Virus record (IMG/VR): IMGVR_UViG_3300019458_000002
Location: 1 to 64,000 of that record
DNA from: a virus
DNA length: 64,000 nt
Strand: one strand, 5' to 3'
This document shows, in pieces, positions 60,101-64,000 of this stretch (within the stretch, counting starts at the first letter, position 1; the number at the start of each line of letters is the position of its first letter). The notes below the pieces were generated by a model. The model was not told the DNA's origin, did no database searches, and saw nothing but the letters and a program-made list of their open reading frames with translations. The translations under genes and the position numbers were made by a program.

Positions 60101-60364
60101 GTGGTAAAGAAAAAGTCCGAAACCCAAGTAGTTGAGGTTGTAGAAGACATTCTCTGCAATAAATGCGGGGATTCGTGCATGAAGGCCTTTGATATTGCAG
60201 ACTCATCAATCAGGGGAGATTTTTATGGAACCACAATAGGTTATCAGCCTGGCTATTCATCCACACATTTTTCGGATGACAACTGCACACATCGCGCAGA
60301 CATTTGCGAGAAGTGCATCTTCGAGTTTTTCTCAAGCTTCAAGATTCCAGCAGAGGTGTTTTAA
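60101..60364 (+). CDS. Small Cys-rich hypothetical protein
   Basis: 87 aa. CNKCGDSC ... CEKC. Confidence 0.5.
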   Translation: MVKKKSETQVVEVVEDILCNKCGDSCMKAFDIADSSIRGDFYGTTIGYQPGYSSTHFSDDNCTHRADICEKCIFEFFSSFKIPAEVF

Positions 60365-60657
60365 TGTATGTAAAACCAAAATACATGCACATTCCTGATT
60401 ATGTAGATATCAAGCCACTTAAACCGCTGATTCACTATGACATGGGCACGGTTTATGTAAATTTTGACCTACCCTACATTCCGCAGCTTTTACTGTTCGA
60501 CCTCCAAACCGTTTTGGATAAATATCGACAATATGTAGTTAGCCCAGAACTTATAAGAAACTTGGAATTTGAAGCAATTAATTTTCTGGATGGCGCATAC
60601 CAAAGAGAAGAAATTTGGTGGGAGCCGCACTTGAAGACCTGGAGATATCTTCTTTGA
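60364..60657 (+). CDS. Hypothetical protein
   Basis: I prefer ATG 60364 (TAATG overlap) over the track start at 60304. Confidence 0.5.
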   Translation: MYVKPKYMHIPDYVDIKPLKPLIHYDMGTVYVNFDLPYIPQLLLFDLQTVLDKYRQYVVSPELIRNLEFEAINFLDGAYQREEIWWEPHLKTWRYLL

Positions 60658-60833
60658 AAGACCCTGATTTTCAAGCAAAGAGGGCTTTAAAGAACTTTAT
60701 CTGGTTTAGGTGCGACCATGAACTTGGACCACATGGAACTGGTCTAGTGTGCATTGAATGCACCTTCGCTTGGATAGGCGAAGGGTGTCCTACTCCTTCT
60801 GAGAATCCTCGTGACAAAAACACTCAGGAATAG
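60615..60833 (+). CDS. Doubtful small ORF
   Basis: 72 aa with a non-ATG start. Overlaps its neighbours by 43 nt (5') and 44 nt (3', convergent). Confidence 0.3.
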   Translation: MVGAALEDLEISSLKDPDFQAKRALKNFIWFRCDHELGPHGTGLVCIECTFAWIGEGCPTPSENPRDKNTQE

Positions 60834-60972
60834 GCTGCTCGCAATCATAGCAGTATTCTGGTGCCCCAGCCTTTTCGTAGCAGGCATCATTGCAGTAATG
60901 CCATTCGTAGCCACGTAGACCGCAACTACAACAGGAATGAAAGTGCTTCTTGCAAGTTCTACAGGTTGCCAT
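60790..60972 (-). CDS. Small Cys-rich protein
   Basis: 60 aa with 13 Cys (CRTCKKHFHSCCSCG...CYDCEQPIPECFC). Confidence 0.45.
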   Translation of the reverse strand: MATCRTCKKHFHSCCSCGLRGYEWHYCNDACYEKAGAPEYCYDCEQPIPECFCHEDSQKE

Positions 60973-61529
60973 TACTTGAAAGGTATTCCTTCCACGCCCT
61001 TAGTTTCTAACTCCCTAGCAAACAATGACAAGGCTCTAGCTGGCTTATCTACTGGCTTTGGGGGAGGAGGCAAAGGAAATACCTTTGCCAGTACCTTCTC
61101 ACAAAACTCCTTGTACATTTCAGGGGTCACACCTACGGTCACCATGACTCCATCTCCCTTGTACTCGTGAGTCTTCTTTGTAGAACCATCGTACAACTGA
61201 TACTGGGTTTCAAAAGTCCCTGCAATGCGTGCCCGAGTAATGTGCTGCTTGCCACGCAAATAAGCAATGGCTGCGTATAGGCCGGTTATATAATCAAACT
61301 CAGGGCCACCAAAGGCAACTGGATTAATGCCGCTCATATAGAAGCCTGAGCGATATGGCAGATGCTTCCACTTCTCTCGATATGCATCATACCTAGCTCC
61401 CCTGTAAGGATTTGAAGATTCTCGGCATAAGGCGGTCCACTCTGCATCTTTCTCTTTAAGTGCCTTGGCATTTTGGTGCTCTGTAGCAATCAGCTTTCTA
61501 AGTTCAGTTTTCATTTCTTTCTTTTCCAT
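60972..61529 (-). CDS. Hypothetical protein
   Basis: 185 aa. TAATG-type overlaps on both sides. Confidence 0.55.
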   Translation of the reverse strand: MEKKEMKTELRKLIATEHQNAKALKEKDAEWTALCRESSNPYRGARYDAYREKWKHLPYRSGFYMSGINPVAFGGPEFDYITGLYAAIAYLRGKQHITRARIAGTFETQYQLYDGSTKKTHEYKGDGVMVTVGVTPEMYKEFCEKVLAKVFPLPPPPKPVDKPARALSLFARELETKGVEGIPFK

Positions 61530-61906
61530 TATTCATTTCCTTTCAATAGTCTAAGGTTTCTAACATACGGACGCACTAAATCTCTGTCACATGGAGCAAT
61601 GCCAATAGCCATAAGCTCGTCATTCCTATCTGGCTCACGGATAGCGGACATAGCTATGCTAGCACTTAAAAGCATACTCTCAACCTTTTTAAGGTCATCT
61701 TCGTTTGACACCATCAATGCTACTGCATGAGTGTCTTCAGGAAGTTTGGAGCCTAGGTTATTGGAAGCTCCTGCTGCGTGAATAAGTTGGGCACAAATGG
61801 TCCCAAAAGAAACGTCTGTTCTGACTATGCAGTAATGGTAAAGAGGAGATTTTTCTGATGTGGGCAGTATCCGTGGAATCCTAGAGCCGAGTTGCAATTC
61901 ATGCAT
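61529..61906 (-). CDS. Pth2-like peptidyl-tRNA hydrolase (putative)
   Basis: C-terminal 125 aa of the 232-aa track ORF: YHYCIVRTDVSFGTICAQLIHAAGAS...HAVALMVSNEDDLKKV...IREPDRNDELMAIGIAP. The first in-frame ATG is at 61906. Confidence 0.5.
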   Translation of the reverse strand: MHELQLGSRIPRILPTSEKSPLYHYCIVRTDVSFGTICAQLIHAAGASNNLGSKLPEDTHAVALMVSNEDDLKKVESMLLSASIAMSAIREPDRNDELMAIGIAPCDRDLVRPYVRNLRLLKGNE

Positions 61907-62253
61907 AGAATTCGGTATCCCTGTGGATATTTGTTTTTTCTTAGCCAAAAAGCCATGTCTCTTACAGACTTGGTGGTGTTTCTGTGAATATTTCCTTTGC
62001 CATCTATATGGTCGAAAGTCAAAAACTCTAAACCCGTTTCTCCACAACACTGACAAAAAGGAATTTTGTTTCCACTGTAATGTACTAATGCTTTTAGTTT
62101 TAACTCCTTGTGGTGTTCTCTTGAAGAACGAGCACGACACTCTCGACAATATGCATTTAGTGTATTTTTTGCTTTGGGTCCACGAGTTCCAAAGAATTCG
62201 AACGTAGCCAAGAAGCCTCTCTGGCACTTTGGGCAGACTTTTGTTTTTGTCAT
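61825..62253 (-). CDS. HNH homing endonuclease (free-standing)
   Basis: 142 aa. CPKCQRG, CRECR, FDHIDGKGNIHR ... LCMNCNSALG. TATAAT-like box on the minus strand at 62324-62319. Confidence 0.7.
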   Translation of the reverse strand: MTKTKVCPKCQRGFLATFEFFGTRGPKAKNTLNAYCRECRARSSREHHKELKLKALVHYSGNKIPFCQCCGETGLEFLTFDHIDGKGNIHRNTTKSVRDMAFWLRKNKYPQGYRILCMNCNSALGFHGYCPHQKNLLFTITA

Positions 62254-62326
62254 ACGGCCTAACCGCGTTACTGATGCGAGCTTTGGGTTTCCATTTTCGT
62301 AGATGTCTCCACTGTTATATTATAGC

Positions 62327-62668
62327 TTAAGAACAACTCTTGTAGAATCTTGATACCGAATCTTTTCGGTAAACAGGGGCCTCATTGGTAGTGTAAGCTT
62401 CCTGGTGAGATGAAACTGGAGCCTGGCCATCGTTAGCCAAAATTTCGGTAAAGGTAATGGTAGGCGGTGTGTACGGTGTATTTGGATTGTACCAGGGGTA
62501 TGGGTCCGTATAAGGATACGGAGGAAAGAATGGTGTGGGAATTGAAATCGGTTCAGGCACATATGGAGCCTGTAAGGTATAACCCCAGCCAAGAGCTTCC
62601 CTAATCTCGTAAGCAGTTCCTTCAAACTCGATTACTCTGCCACCTAACTCTTTGATAGTCGCTTTCAT
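62327..62668 (-). CDS. Pro/Tyr-rich hypothetical protein
   Basis: 113 aa (PYVPEPISIPTPFFPPYPYTDPYPWYNPNTPYTPP). Preferred over the overlapping ORF at 62320..62625. Confidence 0.5.
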   Translation of the reverse strand: MKATIKELGGRVIEFEGTAYEIREALGWGYTLQAPYVPEPISIPTPFFPPYPYTDPYPWYNPNTPYTPPTITFTEILANDGQAPVSSHQEAYTTNEAPVYRKDSVSRFYKSCS

Positions 62669-63432
62669 TATATATCCCCAATCTTAGATTGATGCTGTTC
62701 ATAGTGAGCAGATGCTAATTTCTGATGGAACATCTGAGATGGTTTTGACAGGTTTGGGTTTCTGGATGCTTTAATGTGTGCCATATATGCATCATGGTGG
62801 TCTTGGCTTGTAAAATTCTTGAAAGTTCCAACATGACCAACGGCAGCAGCCCGATGCTGCATGGCATCCTTAGGCATAGTGGATGGAGACATTATGGGTT
62901 TGCCAGATTGTGTATTTCCAATAGAAACCCCAGCTGGTTTTGAAGGCGGTACTGGACCGGCAGCCTTAAGTAGCTTCTCGACAATGACCTTAGCTACGGA
63001 CTTAGCCATAGTTGGCTCATTGTCCTTTCTATCTTCTTTGCCACCGGCAAGGAAGCTATCGCTATCGTGGCCCTTGAAACGATAAAGCTTTGGAGGCTGG
63101 TGCTTGAGTCTATTTGTAATGGAAGTAGGTACTTCTCCTACTTCAGGGTGGCCCAGTTGCTTCAGTGCCATCTGATAAAGTGCGCCATGCTGACGAGCAG
63201 CATCCATGTCTCCTGCGCCTTGGGCAGCCCGCATACCTGCTAAGTGGTGAGCAGCTGACTCTTCCGTTCTTTCTTGTATGTAGTCGTCATAGGCCTTCTT
63301 CTCGGCCTCATGACGAGGTAACTTATGATTGAACTCGTGGATTGCGCTCTGGGTTTCCAGGTCACTAACGTGTTCTGGGTCGGCAATGTCATACTTATCT
63401 AGCCACTTGGCCTTAGGTTTATTTTCGTCCAT
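62668..63432 (-). CDS. Hypothetical protein
   Basis: 254 aa, His/Lys-rich. Confidence 0.55.
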   Translation of the reverse strand: MDENKPKAKWLDKYDIADPEHVSDLETQSAIHEFNHKLPRHEAEKKAYDDYIQERTEESAAHHLAGMRAAQGAGDMDAARQHGALYQMALKQLGHPEVGEVPTSITNRLKHQPPKLYRFKGHDSDSFLAGGKEDRKDNEPTMAKSVAKVIVEKLLKAAGPVPPSKPAGVSIGNTQSGKPIMSPSTMPKDAMQHRAAAVGHVGTFKNFTSQDHHDAYMAHIKASRNPNLSKPSQMFHQKLASAHYEQHQSKIGDI

Positions 63433-64000
63433 TTAACGACTCCATAACTGTAATAGCTTCTTCAGGGTCTAGTTTGCTGAGGTCCAAAGTGAATGCCTGT
63501 TCTCTTAGAATCGACTTAACGCTCTTGCAAAGGTCTCTGACACAGATGCAGCCTACAAACCTACTATCTTTGAATGGCTTCGTTCCGCATTCTCCACAGC
63601 TATAACTATTGGCAAATTTTTCACTAAGTTTCATTGTAGTAGCCTTAGGCTTAGCTGAAGTGCCTTTGCTAGCTTGAGGGGTTACATTAGCAATTGGCTT
63701 TATAGTCGCAGACTGCGTAGCTGTTGGTGCAGCAGGGGGTTCTGGAGCAGTTGGCTTTGCAGTCCCTCCTGTACCAGCTGCAGTGTCCTTTGCTTTCTTG
63801 GACATGTCCTGCGCAGCCTTACGTATTGATTGCAGGCTGTGTTTAGCATCAGCGGATTGATGTTCACCCGACTTCTTAATCTTATCTACAACCATCTTGG
63901 CAATCTTCTTAGGAAGACCTTCACTCATGGTCATGCTTACGCCACCTGTAGGGGCAGAAGGTGCTGGTGCTGCTGGAGCAGGGTTTGAAGTTCCTATCAA
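63419..64000 (-). CDS. Hypothetical protein (5' end may lie beyond the window; internal ATG at 63934)
   Basis: The frame is open to the right window edge. C-terminal CGECGTKPFKDSRFVGCIC. Confidence 0.5.
   Translation of the reverse strand: MIGTSNPAPAAPAPSAPTGGVSMTMSEGLPKKIAKMVVDKIKKSGEHQSADAKHSLQSIRKAAQDMSKKAKDTAAGTGGTAKPTAPEPPAAPTATQSATIKPIANVTPQASKGTSAKPKATTMKLSEKFANSYSCGECGTKPFKDSRFVGCICVRDLCKSVKSILREQAFTLDLSKLDPEEAITVMESLNGRK

Noticed and set aside
61907-62227. N-terminal 107 aa of the 232-aa ORF 61529..62227
   Set aside because: This part shares DNA with the clear HNH gene in another frame and looks non-protein-like. Only the C-terminal Pth2-like part was kept.

Overview
This 64-kb window reads as part of a large contractile-tailed dsDNA phage genome. 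No homology search or RNA-folding tool was run. Every function call rests on motifs I could read in the supplied translations, and coordinates of small sites may be off by 1-2 nt.

Genes are tightly packed, often with ATGA or TAATG stop/start overlaps. They lie in alternating strand blocks: (-) 1-3316, (+) 3412-14664, (-) 14645-20640, (+) 20715-23384, (-) 23381-50644 (one + ORF inside), (+) 50648-60833 and (-) 60790-64000.

Recognisable content:
- Tail module: sheath, tube, a partial tape-measure-like gene, a fibre with 10 DHxH repeats, three paralogous receptor-binding proteins and a papain-like lysin.
- RNA-repair-type island: two RNA ligases, an RlaP-like nucleotidyltransferase, an AAA+ ATPase and a SLOG protein.
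- NAD+ salvage set: Nudix, NadV/Nampt and a PncC-like-NMNAT fusion.
- Other enzymes: ATP-dependent DNA ligase, dNMP-kinase-like protein, small CDA-fold deaminase, PPAT-like enzyme, HAD phosphatase and a Pth2-like hydrolase.
- Three free-standing homing endonucleases: one GIY-YIG, one HNH and one EndoVII/HNH.
- An envelope-directed cluster of lipoproteins, a lipobox-bearing ClpP/S49 protease and HExxH membrane proteins.
- Six tRNA-scaffold genes.

Sigma70-like promoters, Shine-Dalgarno sites and lipoboxes point to a bacterial host. I recognised no capsid, portal, terminase, integrase, rRNA or CRISPR array.

The most unusual signals:
1. The tRNA genes carry 35-48-nt non-group-I insertions and non-canonical anticodon loops, next to a rich RNA healing/sealing gene set.
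2. A 748-aa protein combines an mCpol/GGDEF-like palm domain with two GNAT domains and heads the late block.
3. Four small CP[IV]A paralogs sit in tandem inside the RNA-repair island.
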